This document shows, piece by piece, positions 25,363-33,877 of a stretch of DNA of 64,000 nucleotides. The notes under the pieces are model-generated. The model searched no databases and was not told the DNA's origin. It saw only the letters and a list, made by a program, of their open reading frames with translations. Source of the DNA: Candidatus Staskawiczbacteria bacterium (GTDB lineage Bacteria; Patescibacteriota; Minisyncoccia; Minisyncoccales; Staskawiczbacteraceae); assembly GCA_963778905.1 (NCBI GenBank), contig CAVZWH010000024.1:12498-76497 (forward strand), given 5' to 3'. Numbering within the stretch: the first letter of the stretch is position 1; each line of letters opens with the position of its first letter. The position numbers were made by a program, and so were the translations under genes.

Positions 25363-28278
25363 ATGCCATTAGATTTATCCAAATTAAATGAGGAGCAAAA
25401 AGAGGCTGTGCTTTACGACAAAGGCCCGCTTTTGATTGTTGCCGGAGCCGGAACCGGAAAAACAACTGTTATCACACAGAGAATTGTGAATTTAATTGAA
25501 AAAAAATTAGTGGCGCCAGAAGAAATTTTGGCTGTAACTTTTACCGAAAAAGCTGCTTTTGAAATGGAAGAAAGAGTGGATAAATTACTGGATTTTGGAT
25601 ATATTGATTTGTGGATTTCAACTTTTCATTCTTTTTGCGAAAGAGTTTTGCGCGAAAATGCTTTAGATATTGGCTTGCCGAGCGATTTCAAAATTTTAGA
25701 CCAAACTTCCGGCTGGCTTTTAGCCCGGCAAAATTTAGACAAGTTTGATCTAAAATATTACAAAGCATTGGGAAATCCCACAAAATTTATTCAGGCATTA
25801 ATTTCTCATTTTTCTCATTGCAAAGACCAGGAAGTTTATCCAGAAAATTATTTAGAATATGCCGACACCTTAAAAACAAGAGATGACGGTTTAGAAGACG
25901 GAGAAACAGAAAGAATTATGGAAGTCGCAAATGCATATCACGTTTATCAGCAAATTTTATTGGAAAACAGCGCATTGGATTTTGGAGATTTAATAAATTA
26001 TTGCCTAAAACTTTTCAAAAAACGCCCATTAATTCTAAAAAAATATCGTGAAAAATTTAAATATATTTTGGTTGACGAATTTCAGGATACAAACTGGTCG
26101 CAATATGAATTGATAAAATTGTTGGCGGAGCCTAAAAATAATTTAACAGTTTGCGCCGATGACGACCAGGCGATTTATCGCTGGAGAGGAGCTTCTTTTT
26201 CAAATATTGTAAAATTTCAGGAAGATTTTCCAAATGCAAAACAAATTTCTTTAATTAAAAATTATAGGTCTTCGCAAAACATTTTAGACAAGTCATATGA
26301 TTTTATAATACAAAATAATCCCGACAGATTGGAATTTAGAAACAAAATAAATAAAAAACTTGTGGCAAATACAAAAGAAGAGGGGATTGTTGAACATATT
26401 CACGAGAAAACCTTAGACCAGGAAGTTGGTCAAACCTTAAAAAAGATTTTAGAAATTATAAAGCGCGACAAAGAAGCAACTTACAATGATTTTGCAATTT
26501 TAGTAAGGGCAAACGATTCGGCAATTCCGTTTATTAAGGCATTAGAAAGGGCAAATTTACCTTATCAATTTTTAGCTTCGCGCGGATTATACTCAAAACC
26601 AGTAATTTTGGATATAATTTCTTATTTTAAGCTGTTAGACAATTATCACGAAGGAACTGCGGTTTACAGAGTTTTGAATTTGCCATTTTTGGGGATTTCA
26701 GAAACAGACATCGCAACAATTACTCAATTTTGCCGCAGAAAAACAATTTCACTTTTTGATGCGTTGCAGCAGTTATCAATAATTCCCGGAATTTCCGCCA
26801 AAACAAAAGAAAAAGTTGTTTTTGTGTTAAGCTTAATAAAAAAACACAGCGGGGATGCGCGAGAAAAAGGAGTTTCAGAAATTTTAATTGCATTTTTGGA
26901 GGATTCTGGATACTTAAAATATTTAATCAATAAAAATGAAATAGAAAAAATTGATTTGTTAAATCAGTTTTACAAAAAAATAAAAACTTTTGAAGAAGCA
27001 ACAATTGAACCGACTTTGAAAAATTTTATGGAGGAAATGAATTTGGAATTGGAATCTGGCGAAGAAGGAAAACTGGAATTTGACCCTGAAAAAGGTCCCG
27101 ATATGATAAAAGTTATGACAATTCACGGAGCAAAAGGTTTGGAATTTAAGTACGTATTTTTAGTAAATATGGTTGATAAAAGATTTCCAACCATTGAAAG
27201 AAAAGATCCAATTGAACTGCCCGATGAGCTAATAAAAGATATAAAACCAAAAGGAGATGTTCATTTGCAGGAAGAGAGGCGGCTTTGTTATGTGGCAATG
27301 ACCAGAGCAAAAAAAGAACTCTATTTTACTTCAGCTGACGATTACGGCGGACAAAGAAAGAAAAAAATATCAAGATTTTTGTCAGAAATGAATTATAAAT
27401 CAGCTGACGAAAGTAAACCAAGTGAAAATGGATTATTAGCCGAAAAATTAAATCCAGCCGAAAGATTAAAGAAAAAAACAGAGCCGCAATATCTGCCTCA
27501 ACATTTTTCTTATTCCCAATTGGCTGCATTTGAAAAATGTCCGCTGCAATATAAATTTGGATTTATTTTGAAAGTGCCGACCCGAGGCAAAGCAGTTTTC
27601 TCTTTTGGAAAAACAATGCACAATACTTTGTACGAATTTTTGAAATTGAGTAATGAAGATAAAAAATCAGCGCAAGAAAATTTATTTGGAGAAAAAACAG
27701 CAAAAAACAGCAATAAAAAAAGTAAAAATTTTGACGAATTAACAAAATTATACGAAAAAAACTGGATTGATGAATGGTACGAAAATCAAAAACAAAAAGA
27801 TGATTATTATAAGTTGGGCAAAAGAATAATAAAGGAATTTTACAGCCAGTTTGAGAAAAATCCGCCAAAAATTTTGAAAATTAATGGAAGCCTGGCTTTA
27901 GAAATGCCGTTTAACTTAAAAATTGGCGAGCACACATTGTTTGGAGTTATTGACAGAATTGATGAGGAAAAAAACGGAGTTTTTATTATTGATTACAAAA
28001 CCGGCTCGTCAAAAGAAAAACCGGAAAAAGAACAGCTTTTAATTTACCAAATAGCAGCCCAGGAAGTTTTGCACTTAAAGCCTAAACAGCTTGCGTATTA
28101 TTATTTAGAAGACGGAAAATTTGCTTCATTTTTAGGTTCAGAAAGCGATTTGCAAAAACAAAAAGAAAAAATAATTGAGGAAATTGAGAAAATAAAAAAC
28201 AGCGAATTTGAGCCAACGCCCGGCTGGCAGTGCCAGTACTGCGATTTCAAAGACATCTGCGACTTTGCTCAACGCTAA
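25363..28278 (+). CDS. UvrD/PcrA-family ATP-dependent DNA helicase fused to C-terminal PD-(D/E)xK (RecB/Cas4-like) nuclease domain with 4-Cys cluster
   Basis: LIVAGAGTGKTT Walker A, DEFQDTN, helicase motifs; C-terminal VIDYKTG nuclease motif and C...CQYCDFKDIC cysteine cluster. Confidence 0.8.
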   Translation: MPLDLSKLNEEQKEAVLYDKGPLLIVAGAGTGKTTVITQRIVNLIEKKLVAPEEILAVTFTEKAAFEMEERVDKLLDFGYIDLWISTFHSFCERVLRENALDIGLPSDFKILDQTSGWLLARQNLDKFDLKYYKALGNPTKFIQALISHFSHCKDQEVYPENYLEYADTLKTRDDGLEDGETERIMEVANAYHVYQQILLENSALDFGDLINYCLKLFKKRPLILKKYREKFKYILVDEFQDTNWSQYELIKLLAEPKNNLTVCADDDQAIYRWRGASFSNIVKFQEDFPNAKQISLIKNYRSSQNILDKSYDFIIQNNPDRLEFRNKINKKLVANTKEEGIVEHIHEKTLDQEVGQTLKKILEIIKRDKEATYNDFAILVRANDSAIPFIKALERANLPYQFLASRGLYSKPVILDIISYFKLLDNYHEGTAVYRVLNLPFLGISETDIATITQFCRRKTISLFDALQQLSIIPGISAKTKEKVVFVLSLIKKHSGDAREKGVSEILIAFLEDSGYLKYLINKNEIEKIDLLNQFYKKIKTFEEATIEPTLKNFMEEMNLELESGEEGKLEFDPEKGPDMIKVMTIHGAKGLEFKYVFLVNMVDKRFPTIERKDPIELPDELIKDIKPKGDVHLQEERRLCYVAMTRAKKELYFTSADDYGGQRKKKISRFLSEMNYKSADESKPSENGLLAEKLNPAERLKKKTEPQYLPQHFSYSQLAAFEKCPLQYKFGFILKVPTRGKAVFSFGKTMHNTLYEFLKLSNEDKKSAQENLFGEKTAKNSNKKSKNFDELTKLYEKNWIDEWYENQKQKDDYYKLGKRIIKEFYSQFEKNPPKILKINGSLALEMPFNLKIGEHTLFGVIDRIDEEKNGVFIIDYKTGSSKEKPEKEQLLIYQIAAQEVLHLKPKQLAYYYLEDGKFASFLGSESDLQKQKEKIIEEIEKIKNSEFEPTPGWQCQYCDFKDICDFAQR

Positions 28279-28283
28279 ACATT

Positions 28284-28313
28284 AAAAAAATCGCCTCAAC
28301 AGGCGATTTTTTA
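28284..28313. terminator. bidirectional rho-independent terminator
   Basis: aaaaaaatcgcc-tcaac-aggcgattttttatttt. Confidence 0.75.
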
Positions 28314-28316
28314 TTT

Positions 28317-29315
28317 TTATCTTACTGATTTATAACCGCCAGGGACGCCATTTGGAGATAAAATAATTTGCCAAAGTTGAATTTGCCTTGCCCGAAATGA
28401 GCCGGCGCAGCTAAGCAGATAATAATTCCACATTCTGTAAAATCTGTCGTCGTATTTATTTTTTAATTTTGGCCAATTTTTCTCAAAATTTTTGTGCCAT
28501 TGCATCAAAGTTTTGTCATAATCGGCGCCAAAGTTGTGCACATCTTCAATGACAAATAATTTTTCTGAGCTGGATGTAATTTGTTTCAAAGAGGGGAGCG
28601 CTCCGTTTGGAAAAATATATTTATTCAGCCACGGATCAGAACCGACCCCAGAAGTTAGGCTGCCGATTGTGTGAAGCAAAAATAATCCATCGTCATTTAG
28701 GCATTTTTTTATCACATCAAAATATATTTTATAGTTTTTTGCGCCGACATGTTCAAACATTCCAATTGAAACAATATGGTTAAATTTTTCTTGCAAATCT
28801 CTGTAATCTTGCAGTCTTATTTCTACCTTCAATCCTTTGCATAATTTTTTTGCGAAATTTATTTGTTCTTTTGAAACAGTAATTCCAACAGCTGAAACTT
28901 TATAGTTTTCTGCTGCGTATTTAATAAAACCACCCCATCCGCACCCAATATCCAAAATTTTCTGGCCTGGCTGTAAATTTAATTTTTTGCAAATCAAGTC
29001 GTATTTTGCAATTTGCGCCGAGTCCAAATCGGGGTATCCTTTGGGTCGTTTTTTCCAATATCCGCAGCTGTAAGCCATTGTTTTTCCAAGCATGGCAGAA
29101 AACAATTCATTATCTAAATCATAATGTTTTTCGCCAACTTGGAATGCGCGATTTTTTGCCTGTAAATTAAATATTTTTGCTAAAATTGCGCCGGAAATAA
29201 GCGGCAAAGAAAAACCAATTTTTTCAGGTATTTTTGCCAAAAATAATTTATAAAAAAATTGGTCTAAATTTTTGCACTCCCACCATTTGTCCATGTAAGA
29301 TTCACCCAATCCCAA
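28317..29315 (-). CDS. cfa: cyclopropane-fatty-acyl-phospholipid synthase family SAM-dependent methyltransferase (TTG start, N-terminally short)
   Basis: GESYMDKWW, ILDIGCGWGG SAM motif, GMFEHVG, CFA-synthase C-terminal region. Confidence 0.75.
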   Translation of the reverse strand: MGLGESYMDKWWECKNLDQFFYKLFLAKIPEKIGFSLPLISGAILAKIFNLQAKNRAFQVGEKHYDLDNELFSAMLGKTMAYSCGYWKKRPKGYPDLDSAQIAKYDLICKKLNLQPGQKILDIGCGWGGFIKYAAENYKVSAVGITVSKEQINFAKKLCKGLKVEIRLQDYRDLQEKFNHIVSIGMFEHVGAKNYKIYFDVIKKCLNDDGLFLLHTIGSLTSGVGSDPWLNKYIFPNGALPSLKQITSSSEKLFVIEDVHNFGADYDKTLMQWHKNFEKNWPKLKNKYDDRFYRMWNYYLLSCAGSFRARQIQLWQIILSPNGVPGGYKSVR

Positions 29316-29556
29316 AGACCCTTCGGTTTTTACCCTGTTATAAAAATTTTAATTCAAAACTTTTATGTCCCAAGGATTGTTGCCATTTATTTTAATTCCA
29401 GACGGCTCCAATAATTTGTTTGCCCATGCCTCATTGTCCATATAAATTTATATTATCAGGCACAGAAAAAATTTCAATGAAGGTGCGTTGCAAACGAAGG
29501 AATAAAGGGTTAAAATATAAAAATATGGAAAATATAAATTTATAATTTTTCAAAAA

Positions 29557-30030
29557 ATGAATACCAAAAAAATATTACTTTCACTGGGATTCATCGCTGT
29601 TTTGGGAATTTATATAGTTTATCAGCGGGCAAGTAGTAATAATAATCCGATATTAAATAATGGGCAGTCTTCTTCTGTTTTGCCATCTGGCGGCCAAAAT
29701 CAAACCACAAATCAAAGTCAAACTACAAACCAACCGGTAGCGATTTCCGGATATAAAGACGGCCAATATACCGGAAGTTCGGTTAATGTTTTTTATGGTC
29801 AGGTTCAGGTTCAAGCAGTAATCAGCGGAGGGAAAATAGTTGATATAAAATTTTTGAACTATCCACAAGATAATAGAAATTCTCTTAGCAGGAGCAACAG
29901 TGCTTTGCCTCAATTAAAATCAGAGGCGATACAAGCACAGAGCGCCAATGTAAATGCGGTTTCCGGAGCCACCCAAACAAGCAGTGGATTTGTTCAGTCA
30001 TTGTCATCTGCTCTTTCTCAAGCAAGCTAA
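29557..30030 (+). CDS. FMN-binding domain protein (membrane-anchored, flavinylation target motif SGAT)
   Basis: N-terminal TM; C-terminal NAVSGATQTSSGFVQS matches FMN_bind [S/T]GAT flavinylation motif. Confidence 0.6.
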   Translation: MNTKKILLSLGFIAVLGIYIVYQRASSNNNPILNNGQSSSVLPSGGQNQTTNQSQTTNQPVAISGYKDGQYTGSSVNVFYGQVQVQAVISGGKIVDIKFLNYPQDNRNSLSRSNSALPQLKSEAIQAQSANVNAVSGATQTSSGFVQSLSSALSQAS

Positions 30031-30031
30031 T

Positions 30032-30796
30032 ATGAAAGAAACAAAACTTTTAATGGGAATGCCCATATCGGTGGAAATTGTTGACGAAACTGCAACGCAG
30101 GACAACATAAACAAAATTTTTGATTATTTCAAATATATTGATGAGAAATTCAGCGTATTCAAAAATAATAGCGAAATCACAAAAATAAATAACGGAAAGA
30201 TTAAAAAAGCAGATTATAGTTTTGACATGAAAACTATTTTTGAGCTTGCAGAGCAAACCAAAAAAGAAACTGACGGATATTTTGATATTGTAAACAATAA
30301 TGGAAAATATAATCCTTCTGGAATAGTAAAGGGATGGGCGATATACAAGGCGGCGGAACTATTAAAAAATATGGGTTATGAAAATTTTTATGTTGATGCG
30401 GGCGGCGATATACAAGTCCAAGGAAAAAATAAAGAAAAAGGGGTGCCCGCTCGTGGGCCGTGGAAAATAGGCATAAAAAATCCTTTTAATCAGAAAGAAA
30501 TTGTTAAAGTTGTTTACTTAGATAAAAATCAAGGAATAGCCACGTCTGGAACATATATACGAGGCCAGCACATATATAATCCAAAAAATAGACAGGAAAA
30601 AATGAATGAAATTGTAAGTATTTCTGTAATTGGCCCAAATGTTTGTGAGGCAGATAGATTTGCAACCGCAGCTTTTGCAATGCAAAGAAAAGGAATTAAT
30701 TTTATTGAAAAGTTAGATGGATTTGAGGCTTATATGATAGATAAAAATGGCATCGCCACCATGACAAGTAATTTTGAAAAATATATCCAATGCTAA
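30032..30796 (+). CDS. apbE: ApbE-family FAD:protein FMN transferase
   Basis: SGIVKGWAIYKAAELL, VDAGGDIQVQG, ATSGTY motifs; start set at MKETK rather than the upstream in-frame ATG at 29954 that overlaps the previous gene. Confidence 0.7.
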   Translation: MKETKLLMGMPISVEIVDETATQDNINKIFDYFKYIDEKFSVFKNNSEITKINNGKIKKADYSFDMKTIFELAEQTKKETDGYFDIVNNNGKYNPSGIVKGWAIYKAAELLKNMGYENFYVDAGGDIQVQGKNKEKGVPARGPWKIGIKNPFNQKEIVKVVYLDKNQGIATSGTYIRGQHIYNPKNRQEKMNEIVSISVIGPNVCEADRFATAAFAMQRKGINFIEKLDGFEAYMIDKNGIATMTSNFEKYIQC

Positions 30797-32280
30797 AATT
30801 TATAGATAATTTTCTAAACAAAACAACAATGTACAGGCTTGTTTTATACTGCCTGATATTTTTAGTTATAGTGGCTCTGGTTTTCAGTTTTTTAGGAAAG
30901 CTGCCTTTTAAGCCGTTAGATTTTTTATTTTCTACATTTTTTTTGCTTTCTTTTTGCATTTTGATAAATTGGATTTTTGCAAAAGTTTTTGAAGCTCCGT
31001 CAAATATAGAGTCGGTTTACATAACAGCTTTAATTTTGACTCTCATCATAAGCCCAGTGCCGGGCTTAAACCAATTGTTGTTTTTGTTTTTTGCCAGCGG
31101 CATAGCAATGGCTTCAAAATATATTTTAGCCATCTTCAAAAAACATATTTTTAATCCAGTTGCAATTTCTGTTGCCATCACATCCTTAGCCGCTGGCCAA
31201 TCTGCCAGCTGGTGGGTGGGAAATTTGTATATGGCGCCCTTTGTTTTAATAATTGGAATATTAATTACAAGAAAAATAAAAAAGGCTGACTTGGTAATAA
31301 GTTTTTTTGCAGTATCTGCGGCAGCGATATTAGTTAATAGTTTTTTAACCGGCGGAAATATTTTGAAAAGCGCCGAATTTATTTTATTTTATTCTTTTAT
31401 TCCTTTTTTGGGTTTTGTAATGCTCACAGAACCAATGACAACGCCGCCAACAAAAAAATTGCGAATAGCGTACGGAGCTTTAGTGGGATTTTTGTCTGCT
31501 CCGTTTGTTAATATAGCGGGTTTCTATTTTACGCCCGAAATAGCTCTTTTAGCCGGAAACATATTTTCATATTTTGCTAGTCCGAAAGAAAAATTAGTGT
31601 TAAAAATAATAGGTAAAATAGAAATTGCAAACAATACTTATGATTTTATATTTAAACCTGATAGAAAACTAAATTTTAAGCCCGGGCAATATTTAGAATG
31701 GACTCTATCGCATGAAAAAAGAGATAATAGGGGAATGAGAAGATATTTTACGATAGCTTCTTCTCCGACAGAGGAGAATATAAGAATGGGTGTTAAATTT
31801 TATGACAAACCCAGTACCTATAAACAATCCTTGATGTCGCTTAAGAACGGCAAAATTATCGTGGCATCACAATTGGCAGGAGATTTTGTTTTACCAGAGG
31901 ATAAGAATAAAAAATTAGTCTTTATTGCCGGCGGAATAGGTGTTACGCCATTTAGAAGTATGATAAAATATCTTATAGACAAGAATGAAAAAAGAGATAT
32001 AGTTATTTTTTATTCAAATAAAACCGTTGACGATATTGCATATAAAAATATTTTTGACGAAGCTGAAAAAAAGCTGGGAATCAAAACAATTTACCATTTA
32101 ACTGACAAAAGTGGATTTCTAAACCATGAAATGATCCAAAAATATGTGCCGGATTTTAAAGAGAGAATGTTTTTTATTTCAGGGCCACGATCTATGATTT
32201 TAACTTTTCAGAAAGCATTGAAAGAAGCAGGGGTTAATAAAAATCACATCCGAACAGATTTCTTTCCCGGATTTGCATAA
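30790..32280 (+). CDS. fusion: NqrB/RnfD-like polytopic membrane domain + C-terminal ferredoxin-NADP-reductase-like FAD/NAD(P)-binding domain
   Basis: N-terminal ~250 aa with HIFNPVA and MLTEPMTTPPT motifs (RnfD/NqrB-like); C-terminal RRYFTIASSP (RxYS FAD motif) and FIAGGIGVTPF (NAD-binding). Confidence 0.6.
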   Translation: MLKFIDNFLNKTTMYRLVLYCLIFLVIVALVFSFLGKLPFKPLDFLFSTFFLLSFCILINWIFAKVFEAPSNIESVYITALILTLIISPVPGLNQLLFLFFASGIAMASKYILAIFKKHIFNPVAISVAITSLAAGQSASWWVGNLYMAPFVLIIGILITRKIKKADLVISFFAVSAAAILVNSFLTGGNILKSAEFILFYSFIPFLGFVMLTEPMTTPPTKKLRIAYGALVGFLSAPFVNIAGFYFTPEIALLAGNIFSYFASPKEKLVLKIIGKIEIANNTYDFIFKPDRKLNFKPGQYLEWTLSHEKRDNRGMRRYFTIASSPTEENIRMGVKFYDKPSTYKQSLMSLKNGKIIVASQLAGDFVLPEDKNKKLVFIAGGIGVTPFRSMIKYLIDKNEKRDIVIFYSNKTVDDIAYKNIFDEAEKKLGIKTIYHLTDKSGFLNHEMIQKYVPDFKERMFFISGPRSMILTFQKALKEAGVNKNHIRTDFFPGFA

Positions 32281-32339
32281 TTTGTATTTATGTAAAAATT
32301 GTGCTATTATTAATAATCATTACTATTAATTAAACTGAC

Positions 32340-32897
32340 TTGGAAACGCAAGACAAAGTCTTAATACAGCAATATTTGAAAGGTGACGAAAAATCATTGG
32401 AGATTTTGATTGGAAAATATTTAAAACCTATTTACAGTCTTACTTATAGGAATATTGGAAATGCCGTGCAGGCAGAAGATGTTACGCAGGAAGTCTTTAT
32501 AAAAGTTTGGAAAAACTTAAAAAAATTTGATCAGAATAAGAATTTTAAACCTTGGATTTTTCAAATTGCCAAAAATACCTCCATTGATTATCTAAGAAAA
32601 AAGAAATCTATACCATTTTCCAGATTTGAAAACGAAAAAGGACAAAATATTTTATCTGAGAACTTAGTTGCAGCTCCTGTAAACTTAATTGAAAACCTAA
32701 GTGATAAAAGAGTTCTGGCAGGCGCAGCGCAGAACTTAAACGACAAAGAACAAAAAATTATAAGTCTCCGACACAATGATGGCTTGAGTTTTAAAGAAAT
32801 TGCCGACGTTTTTGAGGAATCCATTAATACCGTTAAAAGCAGATATCGCCGGGCTCTGGCAAATATGAGGGCAAACATTAAAAAAAGAGAAACTTAA
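32340..32897 (+). CDS. ECF-family RNA polymerase sigma factor (sigma-70 regions 2 and 4)
   Basis: DVTQEVFIKVWKNLKKFD (region 2.x), LSFKEIADVFEESINTVKSRYRRAL (region 4 HTH); TTG start. Confidence 0.75.
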   Translation: METQDKVLIQQYLKGDEKSLEILIGKYLKPIYSLTYRNIGNAVQAEDVTQEVFIKVWKNLKKFDQNKNFKPWIFQIAKNTSIDYLRKKKSIPFSRFENEKGQNILSENLVAAPVNLIENLSDKRVLAGAAQNLNDKEQKIISLRHNDGLSFKEIADVFEESINTVKSRYRRALANMRANIKKRET

Positions 32898-32926
32898 TTA
32901 CTCGGTCGAGCGTATTAATTCATAGT

Positions 32927-33304
32927 ATGAATACTTTTTACATAGAACCTCCAATCGAACTTTTTGAAAGAATAATAATGCGCATTCATAAAGAAGAGCG
33001 TGTTTTGGTTTTAAGAAGAGTTATTTTATTTTCAATAACTTTAGTGGTGTCGGTGGTTGGTTTTTTTCCGGCGCTGAATATGTTGATATCTGATTTTAAT
33101 CAATCCGGATTTTTAAACTTTTTATCTTTAATATTTTCGGATTTTCCAACCGTTGTGAAATATTGGCAAAGCTTCGCGATGATTCTTTTGGAATCATTGC
33201 CGGCATTGAGTTTAGCATTATTTTTAGCCATCTTGCTTACGCTTTCACAATCTATTAAATCTTTAACAAAAGACGTTAAATTTGTAATTAAAGCGCAAGC
33301 ATAA
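32927..33304 (+). CDS. putative anti-sigma factor / small membrane protein downstream of ECF sigma
   Basis: Position immediately after ECF sigma gene; two TM helices; no zinc motif. Confidence 0.35.
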   Translation: MNTFYIEPPIELFERIIMRIHKEERVLVLRRVILFSITLVVSVVGFFPALNMLISDFNQSGFLNFLSLIFSDFPTVVKYWQSFAMILLESLPALSLALFLAILLTLSQSIKSLTKDVKFVIKAQA

Positions 33305-33305
33305 A

Positions 33306-33833
33306 ATGAGCGAAAATTTTTTACAATCAAAATTATTTAAAGGAATTGTTTTGGGAATAGCCGGTCTCGTAATACTGGTTTTTGTTTTTGGCTTAGGAGT
33401 TTATGTTGGTATGGAAAAGGCTGATTTCTCTTTTAGATGGGCAGAAGAATATCATCAAAATTTTGGAGGACCTCAAGGGGGAATTTTTGGAAACTTTTTC
33501 GGTTCAGAAAAGGAGTTTGCTAATTCGAATGGTTCTTACGGTCAAATAATAAAAATAGACGGAAATATTTTAACCGTAAAAGATAATGATGGCGATAATA
33601 CTGAAAAAACAATTTTAGTTGGAGATAAGACTATAATAATACTTCAGAGAAAAAATATAAAATTATCTGATCTTAAAATAGGCGAGAATATAGTTGTGAT
33701 AGGAAGTCCGAATAATGATGGACAAATTCAGGCAGAACTTATAAGAGTAATGCCCGCAAAACCAGTTAATCCATCAACAACCACTCCGCCGCCAGTTAAT
33801 AATCCAGTTCCGCCGCCAACTCAAGGTTCTTAA
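33306..33833 (+). CDS. hypothetical membrane-anchored secreted protein (DUF5666-like beta repeats, Pro-rich tail)
   Basis: N-terminal TM, repeated (D)GS..T...I beta-strand motifs similar to ORF 37832-38278. Confidence 0.4.
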   Translation: MSENFLQSKLFKGIVLGIAGLVILVFVFGLGVYVGMEKADFSFRWAEEYHQNFGGPQGGIFGNFFGSEKEFANSNGSYGQIIKIDGNILTVKDNDGDNTEKTILVGDKTIIILQRKNIKLSDLKIGENIVVIGSPNNDGQIQAELIRVMPAKPVNPSTTTPPPVNNPVPPPTQGS

Positions 33834-33877
33834 AATTTTCACAAAAATAAATAAAATAATATTAATTTAAATCTATT

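Noticed and set aside
29954-30031. Upstream in-frame ATG at 29954 for ApbE
   Set aside because: It would overlap the last 77 nt of the FMN-binding gene with a non-ApbE-like extension (MRFPEPPKQAVDLF...). The ATG at 30032 (MKETKLLMGMP) gives a conventional ApbE N-terminus.
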